Of a stretch of DNA of 64,000 nt, positions 1-12,600 are shown one piece after another. Every line of letters begins with the position of its first letter. Position 1 is the first letter of the stretch. This DNA comes from Candidatus Omnitrophota bacterium (GTDB lineage: Bacteria > Omnitrophota > Gorgyraeia > Tantalellales > Tantalellaceae). The notes beneath the pieces were generated by a model that did not search any database, was not told where the DNA came from, and saw nothing but the letters and a program-made list of their open reading frames with translations. Location of the stretch: positions 25,423 to 89,422 of the forward strand of contig JADGBR010000009.1 of NCBI GenBank assembly GCA_015231405.1, in the 5' to 3' direction. Position numbers and translations under genes: made by a program.

Positions 1-600
1 AGCCATCTTCATCTCCAGAAGCGACCCTGCCCTTATTACCATAATATCTCCTGGATGAGATGTTCTGGCGTATTCCAGCGCTGTTTCACCGATATTCTCA
101 TCGGTCATCATGTTGTCCTTCGTGAGCTCGGAGATATTCATATTGTAAAGGCTGAGGTCACGTATCACCGGGACCATCACCGGCAGATCTATCCGGCTGA
201 GAAAATCCCCGAGATCGCTCATTCCGGCTTTGATCTCTCTGATCTTACGTGGGGTCAGCGCCGTGACGGGACGGGAAGTGTTAGCGGAGATACGTCTTAT
301 ACGATCGGCATTATTTTTCATGAATCTCTGGGTTTCCATGCTTTCGAGTTTCTGGATCAGGGCTATCACCGCCTCCATGTGATCTCCACTGTTCTTGTCC
401 AGATCTTCGGCCTTCAATATTCCTATAGAAAAGGTGTTAACCGAACGCGCGCATCCCAAAAGACTTTCCATATTCCTTAGCCTTGCCCTTTCATTTTCCG
501 GGACCGGCAATGGAACAAATAACACACTCGGGACCATATTTAGTTTTTCCGCGGCGTCCGTTGTGAGGAGATCATACCCTTCGACGCCTATGACCATATC
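1..600 (-). other. Shared C-terminal domain of G1 (begins MVIGVE; continues past the window edge)
   Basis: DMVIGVEG...PVIRDLSLYNMNISE...PGDIMVIRAGSLLE matches G2 (FVIGIEE...PLINDLGLYNMNFSE) and G4 (MVIGVET...AEINDLSMYNFNLCD...PGIVEMTVGSLGE). Confidence 0.8.
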
Positions 601-3600
601 CTTTTCAAAAAACACTTCGGGAGTCTCGCTACCCGGAACCTCAGGGCGCCTTTCATCTTTTTCCTCAGGTTTTACCACTCGTTCTCCCGCGAACCGTTTA
701 CCGACAATGATCACCAAAACGGCCAAACTCAAAGCTACGCACAATATCACTAGGGGAAGATGGTTCGAGGCCAGGTTCGCGAATAATCCCGCCGCGTTAT
801 CACTTGCCGCCTGTTTCAGTCCCGCATCCTGGCCAAATAGGAGTGTTGTGAAAGCGTCGGCTACAGGCCCTGCTTTAGTTGCCGATAGCCCGAAATATTT
901 CTCGGCGTAATACAGCGGCATCAGGAAGCATAGATACAGTATGGTAAAGAAAGCTACCCCATATGTCCATAATTGCCTGAACCCGGAATGCCTCATGTAT
1001 AAATACGCCTTATCCCATTTTTCAGCCAGAAAATGCCTGAGCTCATTAAGCGGTTTCAATTCCTGCCGGGCGTATATTCTCTGAGGCAGACGGTCCAACC
1101 CGACCGGAAGTACCTTTTCGGTATATGGCCAGACATTATCGAGCCGCCACCTGATCTGGAACCACATTATTCGCGCCGCCGCGTTCAGGTTAACGAAATA
1201 AAGCGGCATATAGAACGATTTTGACAGATGGTACACGTAATAATATGGGATCAGCCCTATGCGGAGGTGTACTTTAAGCATATTTGACACAAGGACCGTG
1301 GCCATGAGCAATATACCAGAGAGCATCACCGGCAGAAAGACCGATGTTTCGATCATGAAAAAAGCCGTTAACGCTAAAGCGAAGCCAATGACAAAAGTGA
1401 GAAGACCGGGGCGGAAATATCCGTACAGGAATTTATCCCTCTCGGCTTTCAGTGTCTCTATACGGACCTTTATCGCCTCGGCGATAAGGATCCTTCCCCT
1501 GGTGACGGCCCCGTCCAACGGCCGAGACGGGTCCCCATAGTAGTCGGATAACAGGTCCGCGAAGAATACCGGCCTCCCGCCGTCATTTTTTTGTTTATCA
1601 TAATCCCTGTCACCGTGAATAAGCCATTCCCTGAACCTGGATATTACCTCACGGCTCATCCTATCTTTCTCGCGGGGTCCTATGATAGCCGCGTCGGCCC
1701 TTATGGCGTTGATCTCATTTACGGCGTCCTCCAGGTACTTCAAATCCTTGGTTACCCAGTTCGAAACGTCATCCTGTTGGAAATTTCCGGTCGCGCCGGA
1801 TCCTACTTTCAGAAGATCGGCTTCGAATTCATCGATCCTGTCGCCGTAAAAATCCCTTATACCCCTTGTGATCTTCTCGCGGCCTCCTAGCTTATTCTTG
1901 AAAAGCGCGGTCACATTGTGGTAGACCTGATAGAAATAGAACGTCATCATTATGGAAACTCCCACCGAGGCGGCGGCTATGAACCAGATATCCCACGGCA
2001 GCCATGTTTTCATGCTCTCGCTGAAAACGTGTACCATCCCGGATAGCCCCGACGGGTCTCGCGCCAACATGCTCGAAAGAGGCTTTCCGGCCCACAACGC
2101 GGCCCTTTGAAGTATCTCAGCGCCTACAAAAGCCAGGAAGTAGAAAAATGTCACGGCGAAACTGAGTGCCGTAAAAATAGTCGAAGTGAAACCCGAATCC
2201 AGCATTATGTTTATGAAGAAATTCCCCCAGCCGATCTGTTTTATCCTGTCCTCGACCTTTTCGGGCTGTTCTATGAAACCCCGGCGGGCGAGGAATAAGG
2301 TGAACGAACGGCTCAGCCGGTAGCTTAGCAATGCCCCTAGTACGGCGCCAATGGATGTCCCAATGAGCCCCAGGACGATCCCGTTCCTTAATCCCAGTAA
2401 ACCGCCCGCAATGCCCGCTAAGCCGAACGTAAAGAGAGGGATACAGATACTTAGAGACGCGCCGAGTATTGCAGAAGAGGAGACTATCATTATCCACCTT
2501 GACCGCTGCCCGTGCCAAGCGAAACCCATAGGACCTGCCTGTTCCAGTACTGAGGCACCCATGTCTGTATAATAATAGACTCTCTTCCCTCTCTGGCTGA
2601 CTCTCATACCCAGGGCCTTATCCTCGGTAGTATCGTCCCTGGGATGCATACCTAAAGGCTTGAGAATATTCAATTCCGCCATGATCTCCAGCATACGGCC
2701 CTTTGTTTCACCATCCAGATCCTCATGGACGTTTATCCTCGCTTCTTCGAGTATGTCCTCAACCTTACCACGCGCTGTCCTCGTTCCGTCATGTTCATAC
2801 CCTGTCATCGACCTCGACTCGAACCAGTTCGAAAGTCCGTCCAGATGGAATACCGTATGTGTCTTGGATAAACGCATTATCGCTCCCCACCCTCTTTCCC
2901 TCCCCATTCTCACCAGGGACGACGAAAGGATGAAAGCGCCGTAATACCCTATGACCGGCATGAGGATCGTAGTGGCCATCACTATAACGCTCGGGCTGAA
3001 CGCCATAATGGTCTCAACTGAACCCGCTATACCCAGGACCATGCCCACTAATGTCGCGACAAGCGCGATAGGGCTTCTCGGAGCCACCAGGCCGAATTTT
3101 ACCGGTCCCCAGCCGTTATAATCCAGATGAAAGGACTTATTGAGCCCGTAAGGGAGCTGAACCGGCATGCCCTGCATCACGGACGGTCCTTCTCTTTCTC
3201 TCATCTCCTCTATTATGTATTCCTCCCTCGTGGGATAAACCCCGGCACCCGGCTTAAAGATCTTTTTCATCATATCGCCTACAGGGTCACCGTCCTCGGC
3301 CAGAAATGCCATCTCAACATACCTGTCATATTCTTCCGATATTCTCACGCCCGCGTACAGGTCAATGTTCCACCTTATAGCCTCGTTGTAAAGAGTTCTG
3401 TTCCTCCTTATAAGATTCTCCGGAAGTATATTCTCGGGACGCGCCGTATATGTACCATCATCGTTCCTCTCCATTATCTCACGGGTAAGGCATCCGACCA
3501 GGTTCTTAACGCGTTCATATCCGGCTGAAACCGTCCAATAATGGAAGAGCTGGGGTTCATTGTCCTCGTCAAGTATCTCCCAGATCTCCGGCATGGCCTT

Positions 3601-6600
3601 AAGCCCTTCCTGGAAATCGACCAGCATATCCGTGTAAGCCATATTCGTCCCGCTGGGTTTTGATAAAGGCTGGTTCTGCTGGCCCGGCTGGTTCGGTATA
3701 GGCACAGGCTCTGGATGCGTCCTCACGCGCATTGGGTCCATGCCTATTGCCCTGGCCGCCTGCTCTCCGGACGGCACTATATTCATCGCGCCAAGCGTTA
3801 ACGGTATTATGGTCGCGAGCGAAACATTGAACCTGTCGGGCGGGTAATGCCCCTTGGTCACCGCGTGGTCTATACTCCGGGCGGCGCAGCTGGCGGCCGT
3901 CGGCCCGGGCATGGTAGGACGCATGACGTCGATATCCGTAGCCAGTTTCCTGGCCAGGTCCACCACCCCGTTATGTCCCAATTCGTCGTGAATGGCCCGG
4001 AGAATAGCCCTGTTATCAACAACCCCAGGGTCAGCGACAAAACCTGAATAATCAGGCATGCCATCCGCGCCGTTAAGGATACCCGTGCCCGCGAGCAGCC
4101 TCAGGGTCTCTTCCCTTAAAGGAGTGGGCGAAGTTCTGGTTCCTCTTAACCGCCTTATCACGCTGGCCAGAACGGCCGGACCCAGCGAAGAGTTCTTGTC
4201 CGCCCAGGTCGGGTTGTTGAAGAACTGCGGCGGTGTATCCAAAAGATTGAACAGGCTCATCACAAGTTTCACCTGATCGATCCCGTTCAGGTATACGTAA
4301 TGGTAATTCCTTATGGTCCTCCCTTCCGCCCCGGTCTCAGCCTCTTCCGGGGTCTGCGCTTCCACTCCGGCTATTGATTCCGCCACCTGATACTCGCTGT
4401 CGGTAACGAAAGTACGTGTCTCTTTCCAGAAGAACCCGTTCGATTTCAACCAGGGCTTGAGGAACATCGTCGAGATCATGAACGCCGTGCCGCCCGTCAC
4501 AAGGAACATCTTGAAACCCATATTGAGCCATGTCGCGCTTTTGTCTATACCTATCGACAACGGGCCCAGCGTCAGGACCTCAGGCAATAAAGGTATCACA
4601 AACCAGTATAAAGCATGGCTGATAGCCACCAGTATGCCTACCGCGACCAATACCGTCCTCCCATGCCTTTTCAGAACGGTCTCGAGCGCTGACAATGAAC
4701 CAAGCCTACCGTGCTCCACGCTTTCCCTGGCAGCTACATGAGCCCTGTTCCTTTTAGCGTCAAGCGGATCAACGAAACCCTTGATGTTCTCCAAGAGCAC
4801 CGCTGTCTCCCATAATTCGTACGGCACAGTATGGGCGAACAACTCCTTGCTCTCTCTTTTAGTACCAGAAGGCCAGGTCATAACCCTGCCCATCCGGTCT
4901 GTCTCGAGCCCTCCGGCATAGACACCCGACCCCGGCACAATGGCGTCATCGCCGAAGCCTGACAATACGAACCCCCCGGATGTTCCGGCGTTAACGTTAT
5001 TATCATCCTGATTGAACGACAGTTTCCGCCATCCGCCGCCGTTCTTTTCAGGGTACATGTCTTGCACGAGTATCCGCTTATACCGCATCTCGTCAACCAC
5101 CCATACACGCCATCTAAAGTCTGTTTCCCCGCCAGAATCGATCACATGCTCGGCGTCGCCTTTTAGAGCTTGTGCCTCTATTCTGGAGATCGTTATCGTA
5201 TCGAAAATAGCCTGGTACGCCGACAGGTCCGTGGTCAGGCTGTTCACGTCCGGGAGGGGCACTCGCATCGGGATGCCGACTATACTATCGGCCACAAGCT
5301 GTCTCATCCTCGATGTCACGGCGTCATCAGCGGCGTCGGGAGCGATAAGCTTTTTTAACGTTTTTTCGGCTTCGTCAAGATTGTCCAATACCATCTGCAT
5401 GGCCTCGGATTGCGCGCGAGCGTATATTAGCCTTTTCCGGGATACAGACCGGAGAACCTCGTCCCTCAGCCAGAAAAACATGGGAAACCACCGGCGTTCC
5501 AGAGACTTCCATTCTTTTTTGTTGACCGTAATCGTCTTTCTCTCGATCTTCGCCGGCCAGATAAGGCTTATCCCCATTATTATTATCCCTGTAAGCCATA
5601 GATTATTGTTCGGAAAATTCAGGATACCGGCTAACCCCATTGCCCATAACCCAAGAGCGGCTAGCCCCGTGACCATCACACAAAAAGCGGTCCCGGGCCT
5701 GGTGGATTTTCCGGTTTCCCACAAGAGCCAAATGGGTTTGGCCATATTTCCCATATCGGTGGCTTTCTTTGACCGCCTCCCGACATATTTATCTATTATT
5801 TTCACGACCTCGCCTACTCCTTTTTTCCGGGCCTCAAGATCTATCCCGGCCGCTCCAGGGACAGGTGCCGGAGCGGGTGCAGGTGCCCGTGCCGGCGGAA
5901 CTACGGGAGGCACAGGGTCACTATAGGGATGATCTTTACTCCACCGCCATTCGGTTATCTTACGTTTAATAAGCCCCACGCTGAATATTAAAAGCGCCGC
6001 GGCCAGACCGTAAATCGTCATATTCATCATGAAAACTTTCCTCGAGTTGACCTCGTCGGAAATATATGTCAAAGCACCCGGGCTATGGAGGTTAACCATC
6101 GTCACCGCCTGGTCAATTGCCTGGTCCCTCCTCAGGCTTTTCACCTTTTTCGCGTAAACTGTGTCTCCCTTCTCTACCGATACCGCCAGCTCGTAGAGTA
6201 TCGAATAGATCCTGTCAACGCTTTCTTCCGTTTTCCCGTCAAGATCGTACTTTTTCATTAAGACTTTCACCGCCGATTTAATTCTGTCGTTCCCGGCTAT
6301 TGCCCTTACCTCGCCCTTCAGATCCCCGTATCTCGAATTCGCGGTCTGATCGCCCCAGGCCAGAAGCTTGTATATGACCCGATCCACTTTGACATCCTTT
6401 TGATCCAGCCCCGCCAAGCTGGCTATCATCTCCCTGACAAAGAACACCGTCTCCAGCGCTTTCCTTATTTCGGGACTTTCGCTTGGATCAACTACCCCCT
6501 TGGCCATCATCATCTCATGAACGGCCGCCAACAGATCCTTATTATCATGGCGACCAAGATCGTTATCCGGGTCCATGCCGTTAAGAAAAGCCTGTATCAT

Positions 6601-9600
6601 AGAGCCGGCGGCTTCTTCCGGCATGACCTCGAACATGGTCTTTTTATTATCTCCGGGCACTAGCGCCGTTACTCCGTCGGGTACCTCTCCAAGTCTGATC
6701 CTTCTCCCTCCAACGACCATATCGACCCATCTCTCGGCGCTATCCACAAGAACCGTCCTTTCCACTCCTTCCGCTATCCTCTGGAGCGCCATCCCTTTTA
6801 TGAAAACGTCCCCGTCGAACGTGCTGGATGAGCCCCTGCCGATCGATATCCTTATACCGAGTTCGGATATCTTCCGCGGATCGACCTTTTTCTGGAACCC
6901 GGGCCTCACCCTCACCGTTATCCAATTCTCTCGGTTGTTCTCGCGGTTCCCCTCAGTTATGTTTATGGTGAATCCCGTACTCAGCTCGCTCTCTCCGGTC
7001 TTTATGTTCACCCAATTCCCTTCATGTCTCGCTTGATCGCCATACCAGCCTTTATTAGCGCATGACGCCTCCAGACCGTTGGATATTATCCTGTTTTCTC
7101 CCAGAAAGTCGACATCCCCCTCTTTGCCGTCGAACCTCAACTGATAAACGAATTCCCAGTTCCTCAGGTCAAGCGTCCCGTCAGGGTCTACTTTTAGTTC
7201 ATCGTGCGTATTTTCGGCGCCGGCTAATAATTCCGACAACGGCATGTACAACGAGGCGCAGCGGGTCTTCTCGCTCCCACCTATCCGCACATGATATCTC
7301 AGCACGCCTCGGTTCGCCTGGGGATCCCACCCCGGGACCTGTTCCATATTGTCCATGTTTCCGGGTCCGGCTTCGCTAAAACCCTTTAATTCGGTCCGGT
7401 CCGTATATACCGCCGAATCGAAATATGGTATGGGGGTCTTAATACCGCGCCACGCGACGAGACTGGCGAGTTCGCTGTTTATCTGATAGTATTTATCGTC
7501 GGCTATTTCCCTGCTTATTTTGCCTTCCTTGACAGCCTCATCCAGTATATTCCCTATGGCGATCATCTTCGCCGTCACTATGAACGGCGCGGAAAGTTTC
7601 ACTTTGCGCCATTGCTTCATGACGTAGTCCTCGCTCTCCCCTTCGTACATCGCCCTGAAAGCTCCGTCCGGTTCTTCCCTGCCCATCATATTTATCTCTT
7701 CGCTCACCCATCCCTTGAGATAATCGACATCCCAGTTATTCTTCAGCTGCTCGATAAGGTAGTTCAATACCGCGGCGTACGAATGCCCTTCAGCATACTG
7801 AACGAGGCCAAGAAGAGCCAGGGGAGCCCTTACCAGATACTGGATCTCGGTCCGTTTCACCCCTTCGGACACCTCCGAGCTTATGATCTTATATATCTCT
7901 ACTACTTCGTAACGGTCGATCTCGGTCACCTTCCTCCCATCCCTTTCCGTATCCCTCGTCGACCCCTTTATTTTTATCCGGATGTCCGGAGAGATCAGGG
8001 AAACCCCGTAAAAATATCCGGATCTCCCCGGAACACAGTCTCCGGGAACGCTTATACTGAATTTTTTCCCGTCATGCTCAATAACGCAGAAATACTTAAC
8101 CACTATCTCTCGCGATGTATCTGCGGCCAACCCGTTAAAGTCAACACCCTCAACCTCACATTCCGGATCGGCTTCCATTTTCCCTCTGGCGACCCTTATC
8201 CTGAAAATTTTCCCTTTATCGGGCGAATTGTCGTCGTCGATACGCATGTACGCCGTTTTTGGGTCGTTAGGATCATCGTAAGCGAATGTCTCCAGCCATC
8301 TCTCTTCACCCTGAGAGAGCCCTTCCGGCGAATACGTGATGCCGAAAATACCTCCCAGTATCTTCTTATCTCCTCCGGGAACGGGCGTCATTACATCCCG
8401 GAACTTCTTGAGAGGGGTAATTCCTTCTATATCGGTGCCTTTAAGCACCGCCCTTACTTTCATTTTCACCCCGGGTTCGTTGACACTCGAGCCAAAGAAC
8501 TCGCTCTCCCTGTCGTGAGGGGCATCGGCAGGAATTACGAACCTATACTTTTTTCCCGCGACCGTGTGCGGCTTAAAATATCTGACCGCCTTTTCACCCG
8601 AAGCGTCAACCTCACCGTTACCTTTAAATACAACTCCCGTGACCTCTCTTTCGGCCTCCGGCTCCATTTTCCTGCCCAGGACATCAATGCGGAATATCTT
8701 ACCTTTATCGGGGGATAACTCATCGCTGACAATGACATATGCTTTGGAAGGATCCGCCGTATTGTCATAACCGAATTTCCTGAGCTCCTTAGCCGTGCCG
8801 GAGACACTGCCGTCGAGCGCGTATGTCAATCCCGAGAATTCCCCTATCGTGAGGGTCTTCTCATCGCCTTCTTTTTCCGGGAAGAACAGAGCGGCGAAAG
8901 TGGTCTTACCCGCCTCCATGGTGTACTGGATCTTCGGGTCCCTGATATCGTCATACCCGATCCATTTAATGACCGCGTCCTTATCGGGCGTGCCTTTAAC
9001 CATGCTTGTCACGCCGTCCGTCTCAAAAAGAGACAGCTCTCTTATGACAAGCCCCGTCTTACCGGCATTCATATCGTAAAATGCGAGATAATAACTCCCG
9101 GTCTCCTTGTCCTCTATGAACTGGAGGGTAAGATCGGCGTTATAGCCGTAGTTGACAAGAACATCCCCCTCGTCTTTCACCTCACCCTCTTCCAGCTCGG
9201 CTGAGGCGAGTTTTTTTATGGTTATTGGCTTACCGTCCACGAGGATATACACGAACACCTCGCCGGCCTTCACCTTATTCGCTTCGACCTCGGGGGAACC
9301 CGTTCCGTATTTTTTGTAGTAGTGTATTACCTCCAAGCCGTCCTTGGCCATTTTCTTCGCCGCGAATTGATAGATCACCTTCCTGTCAACGTCCTTGACC
9401 CCGCCTTTCCCGTCAAGCTCAACGCCTTTTAACTGGGCGATCACCGGCCCGCCGAAGGAAGACGACAGAAAAACGTCTCCGGCGGCATTCTTCCCCTGGA
9501 TAACCTCGGGAGAATTCGCCGTCATTTCCTTGTAATAACCGGATGCGTCCCATCCATAAAGGTATATTGTCTTCTCAACCGACTCCACGGTCCCGTCAGG

Positions 9601-12600
9601 TTTGATCTTCACGCCCGCGCATTTCCTTATAAGTGAACTCTCGTCGTCCTTGTCCAGATATACGAAAGCTTCTCCTTCCCGGATCGAAGCGTCCGGCCCG
9701 AGGACATACGGGGATCGCGCGCCGTGGACAACTAAGAACAGTTTTCCGTCCGGGCTCTTCGCGAAAAGATACATCGTCTCTTCATTTATCCCTATACATT
9801 CCTTCCAGTCCTTTGTCGGGTCGTAATACACCTCGGCTATTGTCCGGCCGGGGACCAACACGTCCGGCTGGTACATTTTATAGATGGGCCTCGCCTCCGG
9901 CTTATGTTCCCGATCGGTCTTTTTGTCGATGAACTCATGCCTGTATATGTAAGGCGAAGCTTCGGCCTGTCTATATTCGGCTACAAGTACGCCGAGCCCG
10001 TCGGGAAGGACCCTATTGACGCTGTTCATCTTCATGTTGTATCTTTCCGCGGATAGTTTCGTGAATTTTTCGTCCACCATAAGGAGGTTGTCGTGTTCCT
10101 TTACGACGATATCATAAACGTACCAGACTTTGTCTCCGCTCATACGTTCACAGCGTTTAACGGGTATCCCGCTCGGGCCGTTTATGTACGTGACCTCTAT
10201 CTTCTTCGCCTCTTTTGTACCGTCGGCGTAGGTTATTTCTACCTTTCTGTTATGGACAAGGCCCGTCACGACGTCTTCCTCATAATCAACAAGAGTTATT
10301 CTTCTTATCTCTTTTGCCGCGGCGCCTCTTCGTACGGCAGGGATACCCGCCGCTCCACCGGCGGGAGGGACCCCTATGACCGGTGTTCCCGGCACCCTGA
10401 CCGCTCCCGGAGCCGGCTTCAGCGCGGGAGCCGGCGCTCTACCCCCGGTGGCTTGTCTTAAAACCGCCCGGAGCGATCCCAGCCACGCCTCCCTTTCGTC
10501 TTCGTTCCTCCACGTACGGTCATCGAGCCCGGTGTTCCAATTCCATACCGCTATCCCTTCGATACCGTTATCCGATGCGAGGCTCAAATACTCATCTATT
10601 CCGGTCGGATCCGAACCCGCCGCGGTCGAAAGCTCCTCGATCCTTACGGGAACTCCCTCGTCCTTGAATGTTTTTATCGTCGCCAGGAGCGCCGCCCTCG
10701 CCTCCCTCCCGAACCTGTCGGCGTAATGGTGTATGGCCGCGTAATCCAGCATCCTCACTTCCTCGCCGTTCACCGTTCCCGTCCGTTTAAAAAGTGCGGC
10801 GATAAGGTCGATATATTCCGAGGTCCCTTCCTTTTCGGTATTAACGCTCATCGTAATAAGCTTGCCGGGGGCCAGTTCTCTGATGGTTGCGGCCACTTTC
10901 CCGGCGTATCTCTCAAAAAGGTTTACAGGAAGCTTCGTTTGTTCTATCTCGTTGAACAGGTCGAACCCTTTAAGGGCTTTATGCCCGCCAAACTCACGAA
11001 GGAACGGTTCAAGGAAATCCGAGACAAAAGCGTCAAGCGTCGCCTCGTCCTTCAAAAGCGCGTCCCTGCCGAAAATACGCACTCCTTTGTCGTTCTTCCC
11101 CGGGAACGCCGATTGGTGGTCCAGCACACAGAATTCTATTCGCATACCCAGGCTATCGGCAATGTCCAGGAGCGCTTTCATGTCTTCCTTGAACCTGATA
11201 TTCAGCCCATACGGTACCTTGAGCTTCCCGTTCTCGTCCAACAAAGCGCGCCCGTCGGCGACAAGGTTCATACGCACAAAAGTCATCCCGCTCTCTTTCA
11301 TCGCGGCGAGGTCCCTCCTTACTTCGACTGTATGCCTTGATATCCCGTTCCCGTTCTTATACCAGAGGGTCGTTCCGAAATTCTGGCCGTACCCCGCCGG
11401 CCCGTTATAATTCACCCCTACTTCAGGAAGAGCGGCGCCGGAAGCGGCGGGGGCCTGTAGCATAGCAACGGACATCTGGGGCATAAAGAGCCCTATGAGA
11501 CCCATCCCGAGGTTAACTCCGTTATCGAATTCCCTCCTAATAGAAGAGCGCCTAGCCTCCGACAGCATTTCCTCCGGGACATTTTCCGAAACACCTCTTC
11601 TCCCCGGGAAAGCCCTCATATCGAGGCCGGCACTCTTGTTCCAGAGATCCTCGATCCACGTGTTCCTGGCGGGCGACACCTCATGGCACCTGTCCCTGAA
11701 ATCATCTTTCCACGGCTTTTTAGTCACTTTCCCGGGAACAGACGGGTCATATTCGAGATCAACGGTCTCTACTACAATGAATTTTCCTTTATATACTATG
11801 CCGGTCGATATCTTCATGGGTTTACCTTTGAACCGGCTGGTCTTCGAATACTCGAATTTTTTGTATTCATACACCGTTGTCCCGTCCGGAAGCGTTACGG
11901 GTATCTTCTCGAGGTCCGTAACAACACTCCCGGTCTCCGCGTCTTTATGTTTGAAGAACTCATGAAGCCGGTTGGATTCAATGGTGTGGAACCTTGTGAA
12001 AAGAGTATGTATCTCGGCCGGAGACCCGGAACCGAGTATTATCTCCCGTTCATCCTTATCTCCCTCGTAATCGAACGAAGTGGTCTCGGTTTCGTCCACC
12101 CAGTTCATATCGTATTTGTGTTCTTTTTTGTTCACATGGTCGGGAATAATGTGCTGGCTGAGATATTCTATGGCGTAATCTATCGGGTTCTTCCCGTTCT
12201 CGTAATATCTCGGCAGGAAACCGTCATGGTCTCTCATGGCGTCGGCTATCTCGCCGAGTTTGGCTATGCCTTTGGCGACCTTAGCGTCAAATTCGCGTTT
12301 TTGGTCTTCGGTAGCGTTGTTATTAAGAATAGCCTTCCCCATCGTCTCCTCGCGTTTATAAACGTCCCGGACGAGAAAAATCGCCTTGTAAAGCATCTTT
12401 TCGTACATGCGGCGCCTTAAAAGCATCTCCTCGCGTTTATGTTTTGCGTCCCAGAACTCCTGGTCGGATCCCACGCCTTCCGCTTCGACGGCCCTCATCC
12501 CCTCGCCGTCGGGCATATACCTCAAATACTCATCGTATGGCAGCCCGAATTTATCCTCGGCCAATTTCGCCGCTTCGAGCATGTGTTTCCTGAACAGTTC

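Noticed and set aside
1-8310. Similarity to 56215-64000 as an assembly duplication
   Set aside because: The copies differ by many synonymous and amino-acid substitutions and indels, which indicates real paralogy.
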